A stretch of DNA of 64,000 bases from Hypanus sabinus (lineage: Eukaryota). The DNA is taken from positions 20,212,001 through 20,276,000 of the forward strand of contig NC_082722.1 of the NCBI RefSeq assembly GCF_030144855.1, given 5' to 3'. Numbering within the stretch: the stretch's first letter is position 1; each line of letters starts with the position of its first letter. The notes under the pieces were generated by a model, which saw only the letters and a list, made by a program, of their open reading frames with translations, had not been told where the DNA came from and searched no databases. This document shows, in pieces, positions 37,991 through 50,547 of this stretch. A program made the translations under genes and the position numbers.

Positions 37991-38147
37991 GGTACAAATC
38001 GAATAAGAATTCCAGATTGCATGAAATATCATCCACTTCGGTTCACTGAGAAATACATTGTTATTTGATGTCTGAAACGTGTCCCAGACTTGTTCCACAA
38101 AAACTGATACCCAAATAAGTATAACCGTAACAAGTAGATGCGGCAAC

Positions 38148-38490
38148 TACAATCGGCCCTCCTTATCCGCGAGGGCTTGGTTCCGGGACCAGATACCAAA
38201 ATTCGCGGATGCTCAAGTCCCTTATTTAACATTGACCGTGCGGTGGACATTAGGACCTAGTGTCGTTGCACTGAATCCGCAGTGTTTCAGTTCACGAAAA
38301 TAATCACGATCGCGATTCAAACTAATTTGGAAGTAATTAAGCGATCGGAAAAAGGTGAAACACCGTCGGTCATTAGAAAATCCTTAGGCTGCAATCGGTC
38401 AACGATCAGATCTATTTTAATGGAGAATGTGAAAGGCCCTGTCCGATGGAAGCTACCATTATTACTAAGCAATGCAGTGATTAAATTATT
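38148..38490 (+). mobile_element. Tigger/pogo DNA transposon 5' fragment
   Basis: TIR-like tacaatcggccctccttatccgcg; TIAIQTNLEVIKRSEKGETPSVIRKSLGCNRSTIRSIL is a CENP-B/psq-type helix-turn-helix. Confidence 0.75.
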
Positions 38491-39466
38491 GAAATACCCC
38501 ATCACCCTCCCCGACCAAACTTTAGCATTCTTGTTTGGGTGTAAGTTGCGTGTTGTGTCCCCTGTGTAGCATCAGCACCCGGAAATTACATATAGTCCAA
38601 AATGCGCGGTTAAACGATTCAGATTGTATACTTAATTGTGGGGTCAGTAGAGAAACAAAAGAAAAAGGAAAACAATAAAAGGCGCCAATAATTTCATAAA
38701 CACTTCTGTGCACAAACGTTGGAGCTCACGGATTCCACTTCACTGATCCTCCTTTGCAGTCAGCCACTGGGTTCCCGCCCCCAGTCCGGGTCCAGAGGGT
38801 CCTGCAACCGGCTTCTCAAGCCACTTCTTCTCTATTCATCCAGCTCGGGCCTTCTACTCCAGGCCCTCTCAAACTAATAGCTTTCACACAGGCCGAAAGA
38901 GTAACATTGATCCAAATTGGTTTGTAAATGAATACACGTCCCGTTATCACTATTTACAATCCAACCATGCTGCTATAGAGAATCACTGCCTCAGCAGTTA
39001 ACGGTACAGCAAAGCCACTTTATTCACCTTAGCAGTAGCATAAAAGAAGAAACACTTCCACTCTGTTACGCCCTTATGCACTGTTACCTAGGGGCTACAT
39101 AGGCCAAACTTTCTGAGAGTTTCCTTATCCGAGACCTCCGTACACCCTCACATATGCCCTTCAGGATGGGACACTAATGGGAATACCTCGGGTCTGCTTG
39201 CCAAATCCTCTTTCAAATTCTCACTCATGCCCCCACTGCAACTCGGAGCCTCCTGTCCTCTGTCTAGGCACACCTGTCTCTCCTTCCGTGTCCTGCCGTA
39301 ACCCAGGCTGCCCACAGTTAGCTCCAACATCACCCCTCACCCCACCATTACCTGACTTAGTGGGAGAAGTGCCAGGAGTCTCTTCATCCAACAAGGGTAA
39401 GTTAGCGAAAGGCAGAATGTACCACACCTCCATCTTATCATCCGACGAATCCGTATTGTTCCCCTT

Positions 39467-40030
39467 TTACTCGATTGGTAGCCGCTGGTCAGTTCTCTCC
39501 ACGCTGGAGCACTTGGCCTGGACTGCTACTGCAGCCTCTTCAGCCTCCAATGATTGAGACGACAGATTCTTCTTGGACTCCTCCAACTTTCGCCATAGTC
39601 TCAGCAGTTCTGACTCAGGCGTCCTGGCCATCTCAATCTGGGACGCAATTATTCCTGCAGCTTCTTCCACTCTGACCTGAATTGCAGCAGTTAAGGACTG
39701 TTCAGCTTCCAGTTTAGTGTTCACTGAACTATCTCCAGCTTTTTCCTCCTAATGACGTCTTCCAGGTCAGCTTTCAATGTTTCCATTTCATTTAAGCTGT
39801 CGATGGTCATCTTCAAGTTTCCTTCAAGCTTCCGCTTCCCTCTTCCGAGATCTGTCCACAATTGCTTCACCTCCTCGGAAGTGTAAGCTAACTCCACCCT
39901 CTGGGCTCTCGGTTTTCTGTTGAACGTAGTCAGGCAATTTTCTTTGTTTTCCCCAACATGCAAGTCTACCAACTGGTTCTGGATCACTTTCTTCAGTCTC
40001 TGCTAGGAATTCTCTCTCTCCGGCTTCACT
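39467..40030 (-). pseudogene. MYH16: Processed fragment of a sarcomeric myosin heavy chain rod (MYH16-like) inside the Gypsy pol
   Basis: [17 protein letters not shown]...[63 protein letters not shown]...LEES, KKNL...EAEEAAVAVQAKCSSVERTDQRL align to the myosin II S2/LMM region. KMTIDxLNEME recalls MYH16 (from memory, not searched). Confidence 0.8.
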
Positions 40031-41919
40031 TCAAACTTGATCCCGCAGAGACTGTCTGCGACCTTCTCCAGACCTGACACGTGTCCAGAGAAAGCTTTAG
40101 CACTTTAGTTCTCAGCAGCTCCTGCAGCAATATCCCTTTATATTCTTCAAGACAGATCCAAATACTAGGAGATCATCCAAATACACCAAACAAAGAATTA
40201 CCCTACCGTCTTCCTCATGCCCCGTTAGAAAGTTTCAAGGGCTCCGGATAAGCCCTGGGTCATCTTTTCGGACTGGAAGAAACCCAAGGCCGTCTTCTCC
40301 TTATCGGCCTCTCTGATCGGGATCTTTTAGCATTCACTTCTCACATTCAACAGATTAAACCACTTTGCACCACTCAGACAGACCAGCGCATCTTCAATAC
40401 TCGGGACCACACACTGTTCAGGTACAGTTCGCCTGTTCAGGGTCCTATAACTTACACAAACGTTGCCTGTGTCCTCCACGTCTACAGGGGCCACACGTCG
40501 CAACCTCTCTCTCACCGAGGTGTCTTCAACTGTAAACTCCCCATCCCCCGTGGTAAAACGGAACATCCACTAGGAGGTGCTTCACCATCAGATACCTCCC
40601 CTGTGCCGTACCACCATAAGCTCTGTTTTAAATTTAGTACCAGACGAACGCTGCTATACACGTCCTCACAAGCAGCTCGAAACATTGGGTGCACAGGCAA
40701 TGCCACCAAACAGCTCTCAGCCGCCGCCTCCTGGCCGGACCCCATGTGACTCCTCACTATCGGGGTGTCGGTCCCCTCCAGAATCGACACGCTGTCCGTC
40801 TCAAGTGTGCCCGGACACATCAGCATTAACGATTCACGGACCTCAGACACCCACACCTCGGCCTCCGAGAACTCCAGTTTCACTGACCAATAATCATCTT
40901 CTGGATAATGCGAAGCACTGATATTCCGCATTTCCAGTGCTCGGAATGGTGTCAAGTGAAAATGCTTCAAGCACCGGTTGGAAAACGAACTGTGCAACAA
41001 CCAACAACTTGACCTGCGCTTCATTGTCGAGGATGGCCTGAGGATGGCTTGCTTCCATTCGGAACGACACACTAAGGTGTGGTCCCAATAAACCCTCAGA
41101 AATAGGGGCTTTTCCTTCCGAGAGTTCTTTGGTCTATTGCTGGGAACGTGTTCCCCCAGCGACACCAAGCCTGCGCTGGGCTTCCCCACTGGGCCTGCGC
41201 TAAATTTCCCGATACCTCTCTGATTAGCTGAACAACTTTGGGAGGGGCAAATCTCCTTAACTGATCCCACTAGCACCGCAAGCAATTTATCTGCTCCCTT
41301 CCGAGCAGAGAAGATAACCTGAAAACTTTCCCCCAAATCTCCTGACACGGTTAAGGAAAGCCCACCAAGTGCTGCATCATACTTACAGTCGAGCCAAACG
41401 CAATTTCCCCCGTTTTCAGGCAATTGTCAACTGTCACTACAGGGTAATTGCCCCTGACAGTTCTATCACCGTCACCAGCACGCCTGTTCAAACTTTCATC
41501 CAAACCGTACCGCTCTTCCTCAATCGAGCACTGTCACTCATCTAACAACAGTGAGATCAGTTCCGCCCACGTCTCGTACGCATCCGCCCCCTCCCTGCTG
41601 AGAATATGGACAGCCCATGGTGCCACCTCACACAGGGCACCAATAGACACTGGCAATCCCACCTCCGTGACGTCAGTGCTAGCCCGCACTGCAGCAAGGT
41701 CTGTGCGCGCCATATTATCAATTTTTCAAACTCGCTATCAGCATTAACCACTTAAAAATCGAATTAACAATCCATCTAAGGTGCGAATATCCACCCTACT
41801 CAGCCCATTACTAACCCCAATCCCACAGAGGCGCACATGTCTAACCGCAATCCCACAGTGACACCACGCACTGATTGAAACAGGGCAAACGCACAGCACC
41901 CTAAAAAATGCATGCCCCG

Positions 41920-44199
41920 GTCAGGTCGCTGATCTGTAAGTGGGTAAGCATCTGGGGGACAGTGATCACTGCTCCCTAGTCCTTAGCATTATTATGAAAA
42001 GGATAGAATCAGAGAGGACAGGAACATATTTAATTGGGGAAAGGCAAATTATGAGACAATAAGGCTAGAATTTGCGGGTGTGAATTGGGATGATGTTTTT
42101 TGAAGGAAAATGTACTATGGACAGTGGTCGATGTTTAAGGATCTCTTGCAGGATTTTCGGGATAAATTTGTCCCGGTGACGAAGATAAAGAATGGTAGAG
42201 TGAAGGAACCATGGGTGACAAGTGAGGTGGAAAATTTGGTCAGGAGGAAGAAGGCAGCATACATGAGGTTTAGGAAGCAAGGATAAGATGGGTCTGTTGA
42301 GGAATATAGGCTAGCAAGAAAGGAGCTTAAGAAGGGGCTAAGCAAAACAAGAAGGGGACATGAGAAGGCCTTGGCGAGTAGGGTAAAGGAAAACCCAAAG
42401 GCATTCTTCAGTTATCTGAAGAACAAATGGATGACAGGAGTGAAGGTAGGACCGATTACAGATAAAAGTGGGAAGATGTGCCTGGAGGCTGTTGAAGTGA
42501 ACGAACTCCTCAGTGAATACTTCCCTTTGGTATTAACCAATGAGAGGGAACTTGATGACGGTGCGTACAATATGAGCGAGTTTGATGTTCTGGAGTAACT
42601 TGATATTAAGGGAGAGGAGGTGCTCGAGTTGTTAAAATGTATTAGGACGGATAAGTCTACGGGGCCTATCGGAATATTCTTCAGGCTGCTCCACGAAGCG
42701 AGGGAAGACATTGTTGAGCCTCTGGCTAGGATCTGTATGTATTCATTGTCCACGGGAATGGTACTGGAGGATTGAAGGGAGGCGAGTATCGCCCCCTTGT
42801 TCAAGAAAGGTAGTAGGGATAGTCCAGTTAATTATAGACCAGAGAGCCTTACGTCTGTGGTGGGAAAGCTGCTGGAAAAGATTCTTATTGATCGGATTTG
42901 TGGGCATTTAGATATCATGGTCTGTTCAGGGACAGTCAGCATGCATTTGTGAAGGGCAGATCGTGTCAAACAAGCCTGTTAGATTTCATTGAGGAGTTGA
43001 CCAGGCATATAGCTGAGGGTAGTGCAGTGGATGTGATCTGCATGGATTTTAGTAAGGCATTTGACAAGGTTCCACATGGTAGGCTTATTCAGAAAGTCAG
43101 AAGACATAAGATCCAGAGAGGTTTGGCCAAGTGGATTCAGAATTGGCTTGCCTGCAGAAAGCAGAGGGTCGAGGTGAAGGGAGTACATTCAGATTGGAGG
43201 GCTGTGATTAGTGGTGTCCCACAAGGATCTGTTCTGGAACCTATAATTTTTGTGAATTTAATTAACGACATGGATGTGTGAGTAGAAGGGTGGGTTGGCA
43301 AGTTTGTAGACGATACTAAGGTTGGTGGTGTTGTAGATAGTGTAGACGATTGTCGTAGATTGCAGAGAGACATTGATACAATGCAGACGTGGGCTGAGAA
43401 GTCTCAGATGGAGTTCAACCCAGAGAAGCGTCAGGTGGTACATTTTGGAAGGACAAACTCCAAGGGAGAGTACAAAGTAAATGGAACTATACTTGGTAAT
43501 GTGGAGGAACAGAGGCATCTGGGGGTACATTTCCACAATTCCCTGAAAGTTGCCTGACAGGTAAATAGGGTAGGTAAGAAAGCTTATGGGGTGTTAGCTT
43601 TCATGAGTCGAGGGATAGAGTTTAAGAGAAGCGATGTAATGTTGCAGTTCTACAAAACTCTGGTTAGTGCACACTTGATGTACTGTGTCCAGTTCTGGTC
43701 ACCTCAGTATAGGAAGGATGTGGACGCTTTGGAAAGGGTACAGAAGGGCTTTACCAGTATCCTGCCTTGTTTATAGTGTCTGGATTATGATCAAAGATTA
43801 AGGGAGCTAGGGCTTTACTCTTTGGAGAGAAAGAGGATGAGAGGAGACATGATAGAGTTGTACAAAATATTAAGAGGAATAGATAGAGTGGAAAGCCAGC
43901 GCGTCTTCCCCAGGTTACCTCTGCTCAGTACAAAAGGACTTGGCTTCAAGGTAAAGGGAGGGAAGTTCAAGGGGGATGTTAAAGGAATGTTTTCCACTCA
44001 TAGAGTGGTTGGTGCATGGAATGCAATGCCTGAGTCAGTGGTGGAGGCAGATATACTAGTGACGTTTAAGAGGCTACTAGACTAGTATATGGAGGAATTT
44101 TATGTGGGGGATTATTTAGGAGGCAGGGTTTGAGGGTCAGCACAACATTGTGGCCGAAGGGCCTGTAATATGCTGTACTATTCTATGATCTATATTCTA
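41920..44199 (+). mobile_element. CR1 LINE, endonuclease end through 3' tail
   Basis: GDSDHCSL, DSQHAFVKGRSCQTSLL, DFSKAFDKVPHGRL, GVPQGSVLEP, RGDMIELYKILRG; ctatattctat tail abuts the LTR at 44200. Confidence 0.92.
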
Positions 44200-45509
44200 T
44201 GTAACCCCACATTGTAAGACTCGTTGCATCTAGTGGCATGATCTCGGGGGTGGCTTCGCATTCTTGTTTGGGTGGATGCTGCGTGATGTGTCCTCTGTGT
44301 AACATCAGTACCCCGAAATTACATTTAGTCCACAATGTGCGGTTAGAAGTTAAAGATGTTATATTTAACTTCGGGGTTAGTAGAGAAACAAAAGAAATTG
44401 AAAGCAAATAAAAGGCTCCAATAATCACATAAGCATGTCCAGTCCACAAATATTGGAGCTCACGGATTCCCTTTCACTGATCCTACTTCGCTAGATCGCC
44501 CCTGAGCTCCCGCCCCGAGCCCAGTGGGTCCGGCTACCGTCCTCAAGCCACGTCTTCTCTTTTCATCCTCCTCGTGGCTTCTCGTCCACGCCCTCCCAAA
44601 CTAACGGCTTTCACAGAGCCAGAAAGAATAACATCTATCCCAATTAGTTAGCAAACGCATACGTCCCGTTATCACTAATTATAACCCAAACATGCTGCTA
44701 TAGAAAACCACTGCCTCAAGAGTTAACAGTACACCGAAGCTTAGTAGTAACATAAGAGATGAAACATTTACATTTACAACCAAATAATGTTAAAAAAACA
44801 TTGTTTAGAGACAAGGTGATTAATTACAGTACTTTACACAAATCAGCATAAATTTAGCCAACACGCATTAGACCTTCAAAACAGGACAGATAACAAATTC
44901 TTAACTGTCAAACATTTCCTTGCTGTATCCATTTTTCAGAGCCACTGATTTCACCCATACACTTACCTTTACAAGACTAAGTTGAGTTAGAAAGTACATT
45001 TGAGAATTGTTTGAAAGCCCGGCGCCTTCATTTAAAGGATATAAATTTTCTCCATCCGCTCACGGAGAAACACGTGACAAATTGCTAAAAAGTCTTCAAT
45101 TCGCATAAAATATAGCGGTTCCGGGATTTAGGCATACCTTACTCCCAGAAACTGAATAAAAATCCTTATACAGTACATTAAAGAAGGTGACATCAGAAGA
45201 AGATAACGTTGGAAAGAGGCTTTTGACTGGGCACACGAATGTGCACTGAATTTTGAGATATAAATCATACACAGCTCGCAAAGAGTTAGTTTAATTTGAC
45301 AACATGTTCCCTCCAGACAGCTTTGCCGAAGGTCCTGATCCTGTACTGTACTCGTCCACCTTATAATAAAAGCAGTGTTAAAGGGGTAAGGAGCAGGTTC
45401 AACATGGCATAATGAGACAATGTCAAGAATTGCCTTTTAATCAAAATGTTTCCACGATGCTTTTAAAGACGAACGAAAGGGGAATGAATGTTATGCCTCC
45501 ATGTGTATA

Positions 45510-46820
45510 AGGGAGTTATTAGAAACAGTCAGCATGGCTTTGTGCGTGGTAGATCACGTTTAACCAATCTATTAGAGTTTTTTTCGAGGAGGTAACCAGA
45601 AAAGTGGAAGAAGGGAAGGCAGGGGGTGTTGCATACATGGAATTCAATAAGGCCTTTGACAAGGTCCCGCATGGGAGGTTAGTTAGGAAGATTCATTCGC
45701 TAGGTTTACATGGAGAGTTAGTAAATTGGATTAGACATTGGTTCAGTGGAAGAAGCCAGAGAATGGTAGGGGAGGATTGCTACTCTGAGTGGAGGCCTGT
45801 GACTAATGGTGTGCCACAGTGATCAGTGATGGGCCCATTGTTATTTGTTATCTATATCAATGACCTGGATGATAATGTGCCAAATTGGATCAGCAAATTT
45901 GCTGATGATACAGAGATTGGAGGTGTAGCGGACAGTGAGGAAGGTTTTCAAAGCTTGCAGAGGGGTTTGGACCAGTTGCAGGAATGGGTAGAAATATGGC
46001 AGATGGAGTTTAATGCGGACAAATGTGAGGCATTGCACTTCAGAAGGTCAAACCAAGGTAAAACATACAAGCTAAATTGTAGGACACTGAGGAGAGCAGT
46101 AGAACAGACGGATCTGGGAGTACAAATACATAATTCCTTAAAAATGGCGTCACAAGTAGATAAGGTGACGAAGAGAGATGTTGGTACGCTAGCCTCTATA
46201 AATCAAAGTATTGAGTATAAGAGTTGGAATGTAGTGGTGAGGTTGTATAAGCCATTGGTGAGACAGAATTTGAAGTATTGTGTGCAGTTTTGGTAACCTA
46301 ATTACAGGAAGGATATTAATAAGGTTGAAAGAGTGCAGAGAAGGTTTACAAGAATGTAGCCGGGACTTGAGAAACTGAGTTACAGAGAAAGGTTGAATAG
46401 GTTAGGACTTTATTCCTTGGAGGTTAGGAGAATGAGGGGAGATTTGGTAGAGATGTATAAAATTATGATAGGTATATATAGAATGAATGCAAGCAGGCGT
46501 TTTCCACTGGGGCCAGGGGATAAAACAAAAGGGAGGTCATGTGTTTTGGGTGAAGGGGGAAAGTTTAAAGGGAACATGGGGGGGGGGTGGCCTTCTTCAC
46601 GCAGAGAGTGTTGGAAGTGTGTAATGAGCTGCCAGATGAAGTGGTGAATGCGGGCTCACTTTTGACATTTATGAAAAACTTGGACAGGTATATGGATGAG
46701 AGGTGTGTGGAGGAATTTGTGCCAGGTGCAGCTTAGTGGGCCAGGCAGAAAAATGGTTCCATACAGCCAAGAAGGGCCAAAAGGCCTTTTTCTGTGCTGT
46801 AATGTTCTATGGTTCAATGG
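45510..46820 (+). mobile_element. CR1 LINE, 5'-truncated, specific to duplication copy 2
   Basis: EFNKAFDKVPHGRL, GPLLFVIYINDL...KFADDTEIGG, RGDLVEMYKIM; flanks match copy 1 around 3690. Confidence 0.92.
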
Positions 46821-47159
46821 TGTTCAGGTCAAATCTAGTTAGGTCGTTCATGGAATGAATGTTAATTAACCGAAACTAGCACTGCCGATGTTTGTAATCA
46901 GAAATTAAGCAGTAAACTTTGGAAATCCTGTTTGCCCGTCAGGAACCTTCTCTGAAGAGGGGAAATACGTATCGTTGCTGTTCATGGCCGAGTGAAGTGT
47001 TAACACGATTTATCTCTCCGCTGATGGAGCCCGGAGTCCTGAGAGGTTCATCACACTTCCGCCAATGGTATCAAAGAGTAGCATTAATTTTACAGTCCGA
47101 TTGTCTAACACAGCTCCCTGTTATCTCATCAAAATAATAACGAACGTTCGCTTAAAACA

Positions 47160-47560
47160 GTTATGTTATGACAGAGGTTGCATAAACTTGTTTCTTTCCT
47201 TGGGGGCGTCGGAGGCTGAGGCTGCGGAGGTACAAGAATATCAGAGGCATAGACGACGTGTATAGAGAGTATCTGTTGTCCAATTTTGAAATGTCTAATA
47301 ACGTGTGCAGACACTGAAGGTGCAAGGTTTGTGCGCGTGCGCGCTCCCTTAACTCCTGGTGGAGTCTTCGAGGCGCCATCATGACAAGTTTTTTGCACCG
47401 ATCTTTTTTTTTGGTAGTTTTCGTGTGCTCATCGTAGGGCGTGTCTTCGGAAACCTGGCGGAACCAAATGTTTTTTTTTTCAAGAGCTGTGCGCAACGGA
47501 ATCAGCCGGATTCGACTCAGGAGTCCTCGTCCCGAAGACCAGAGCTGATGCAATGACGCC
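47160..47560. repeat. Unclassified CpG-rich insertion absent from copy 1
   Basis: Interrupts the homology with copy 1; no recognisable protein in any frame. Confidence 0.35.
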
Positions 47561-48139
47561 ACTAGAAAAAAAAAAAATCTTATACTTCCCTGTGCTATTC
47601 CATGCCAGTTAATAATGAACAGATCTATGCTGGTGAAACTATGAAGACATAGGGTCTATCTCCGATGCATCTACAATTAATGCTGCATGTACTTTCTTAT
47701 TTAATTGTTACATATCAGAAACCACAGCTAGGCAATTAACGAATCAATCTCTTTTCAGCCAGCTTCTTTATTAAGTGTTCAATAATCGGTCCAAGTTATT
47801 GCTTCATTCATGCACACCAAGAAGAATCTACTAATGGAGAACAGACAGAGGGCAATAAATGGGCAATAAACAACAGCACTGTCATCTTTGGTACATATGT
47901 ATCGAGGTCAGGAACATCTGACGCTCAGGATCCCCAGTCTCGGCAGAAAACGTATCCACTGCAACCGGTGTATGCTGCCGCCGTGATATTTCTATATTAG
48001 ACACCTCAAATGACCTGAAAGCTAATGAAAAGTTGTCTCTCATTTGAACTTTCTCTTACAATTCTTCCAGATCCACAACAGATTAGGATAACCAATGTGA
48101 GTGTCCACTTCCGGCCGAACTCAGCCTCACAACCTAAAT

Positions 48140-48900
48140 GACGTCCAGCTGGATTCAATGGACAATCTATGTGTTACTATGAACGATTTGAATTCAGAGA
48201 GGACCGAAGATGGAATTTCATGAATGCGACAAAATGTCAATGAAAGCAGCATAACATCCCCAAAGATTCGTGCAAATTCCGGATACATAACTGGGTAAAA
48301 TAGCGTGGGAGCCGGCACAGTATTCGCAATGTTGACTCTGTTCGGAAGAAACACAGGGAAGCCCGGCATTGTTTCATTCTCTCCCTTCGAAACTCCTCAA
48401 AAGCCAGATCTTAATTGCATCCAGTGGGATCCAATAAAGACAAAATATGTGTTAATATAAACAAATGCACGTTCGAAGCACCTACACGACTTCATGTCCG
48501 AGAAGGCAGGGGATGCAATTCAATGATGGCGATAACGTGTCAATGAAAACAGCCTAATGCCGCCGCCGATTCGTGGAGACTTCGGATGCATAACTGTTCC
48601 AAGTGTGCAGGCGACCAGCATTGTGGTCATAGTCTTGACTTCTTTCGCAGGAAACACAGCATAGTTCCACCGCCAACCAAGATGCTTTGAGAACGGTTAA
48701 CGATGCTGACAGATCAGACAAATGGTGTGTGATAGTCATTGGAATTACTTTTTTATTGTCAGCTTAAATATTATCTGCAAGGTATACTCCTTTTTTTCTC
48801 CCTTCTACGTTGTGGAAATTTAAGAGATGTTTGAAATAGCAGCAGTTACCCCCAGTTCCGCTCGTGCTGATTGGGTTAAAACGGAGCCTCGTGACTGCAG
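48140..48900. repeat. Degenerate tandem repeat, period about 300 bp
   Basis: TGAAA(T)AGCAGC..CCCC-type motif at 48241, 48544 and 48832; tccag..gga..caat...tatgtgtta motif at about 48143 and 48420. Two such motifs in copy 1 (4956, 5274). Confidence 0.55.
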
Positions 48901-50547
48901 TCAATCAGCTGACACCTCGTTGATGCACCTTGTATTGATTTGTGTCGCAATACTTCCTGAATCTCTGTGTTACCATCATCATGCAACTGAATAGCGTACA
49001 TTTTCAACGTTAAACTTTCTTTTCATTGTGATCAGAATCTGGTATATTTTTCTTCTGCAAGAGACAGCACTTTACACTTCTCGCCAAGTTCTGCGTGCGA
49101 ACTAGCCAGACCAGGGAGTGAGGAGCCTGATTAGTATAAGACAGACTTTGTAAAAACTAACAGACTGAACTCTATCGCTTGAATAAATTTATCGTTTTCA
49201 TATTATTATGCTTTTATTTCATAAAATATATACAACCTCCAAATATCAAGAATTTAAATTACAACAAAATTGCTGAATAACAGGCCTATTGCTCGAACAG
49301 ATTTCACTTCGGTTGTGCAATTTCCTGAATGCTCAGAACGCAAAGTCACACAATGTACGGGAGACGTGTGAATCACGCCATCCGAGGGAATGTACTTACT
49401 GTTGATACCAGCTTCGTTCTTCAATTTCTTTTCGGTTTTGACTTACTGGTGCTAAATAGTAGTTCATTAGTCGAATTTTTATTAATATGCCATAAAGGAA
49501 ATTACTAGGAGTAAAAAAAAAATTGCAACCTCCACCTGACCCGTCACGGCTTCAGGCCTTTGTTACCGTAAAGGCGCCCTGCTCAGCCAGCACACGCCGA
49601 CCCACCACCCCCCCCCCCCCACCCCTGTTTTTCTGGAAATGTTACTGCAATAGTGACAATAATATCAATATTGATCATGGTATTCAAAATTCAGTTTGGA
49701 GTTCCAGAATGTGTTTGCAGAAGCAGCGAGAACTCGAACGAGAGAGAGAAATGAGCTAAAATATCGTCAAAGAAATGCAGAGTGAAGTGGGGGGTTGGGT
49801 TTGTGGTGAGAAACCAGTGGGATGATAATTGAGGAGAAGGTGCTTTGAATAGAAACAATGTTTTTCAAGTGAGGTTATGATTGCTTTGCAAGCAAGTTGT
49901 TGAAGTAATATTGACACTGTCTCAGTGGCTGGAGTGCATAGCTCGATTTCATATCACACTCGACGCAAAATTTGAGCAACTTTCTCAAATCTACGACAGG
50001 GTCTGTCAGGGTTACAAGCTGAATCCAAAAGGAATTAATAGCAATATCAATTATCTACTTGCCCAACGCACTGCAAATTATCATTGCAATTTGGTTGTGC
50101 AGAATTTCTCAAAAAGGCGGAGCAGACTCGATTGGCCCGATGGCCTAAGTCTCTCCTATGTCTTATGGTCCTTTAGCGAGTCTACGAGTAATCTATAGGG
50201 TTCAGATCGTAGTAAATAATGTTCTTGACAGACGTGACTGGAAAGGTTGAATCGAGATCAAAATTGTCTTAGGTTTGATGATTACACGTTCAATAGATGT
50301 GTCACTGCCTATTTTCAACAGAAGCATAGGAAGATGCAGCCGGGCTTATTGCTAGCGTCAGAGCGCAGCTCGTATGTGTCTGGAGAAACCAGAAACCATG
50401 TTTCTTTGTTCTATACTGTATATTTTCTAATTTTGAAAATAATGTGTACTGAGATTTGAAAGGAGCCTGTATAATATTTTGCATTGTTGATTTTCATGTG
50501 CGTATTTGTTTTTAGATGTATAAATGCTTCATGGTTTCTTTTTCAAG

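Larger units (their letters stand above)
38490..44778 (-). mobile_element. Gypsy LTR retrotransposon with PNMA-like gag, protease, RT, captured myosin segment and a CR1 insertion
   Basis: Related direct LTRs at about 38490-39069 and 44200-44778 (the latter TG...CA); gag about 41100-41751; protease ILDNEAQVKLL; RT CVSYRTLNRRT...IEDALVCLSGAKWF and VYLDDLLVFG down to about 40060; post-integrase tail at 39070-39465. Confidence 0.85.

Noticed and set aside
49860-50100. Possible decayed trace of the V exon end and intron 2 in copy 2
   Set aside because: Only scattered 5-6 nt anchors, far weaker than the neighbouring homology.
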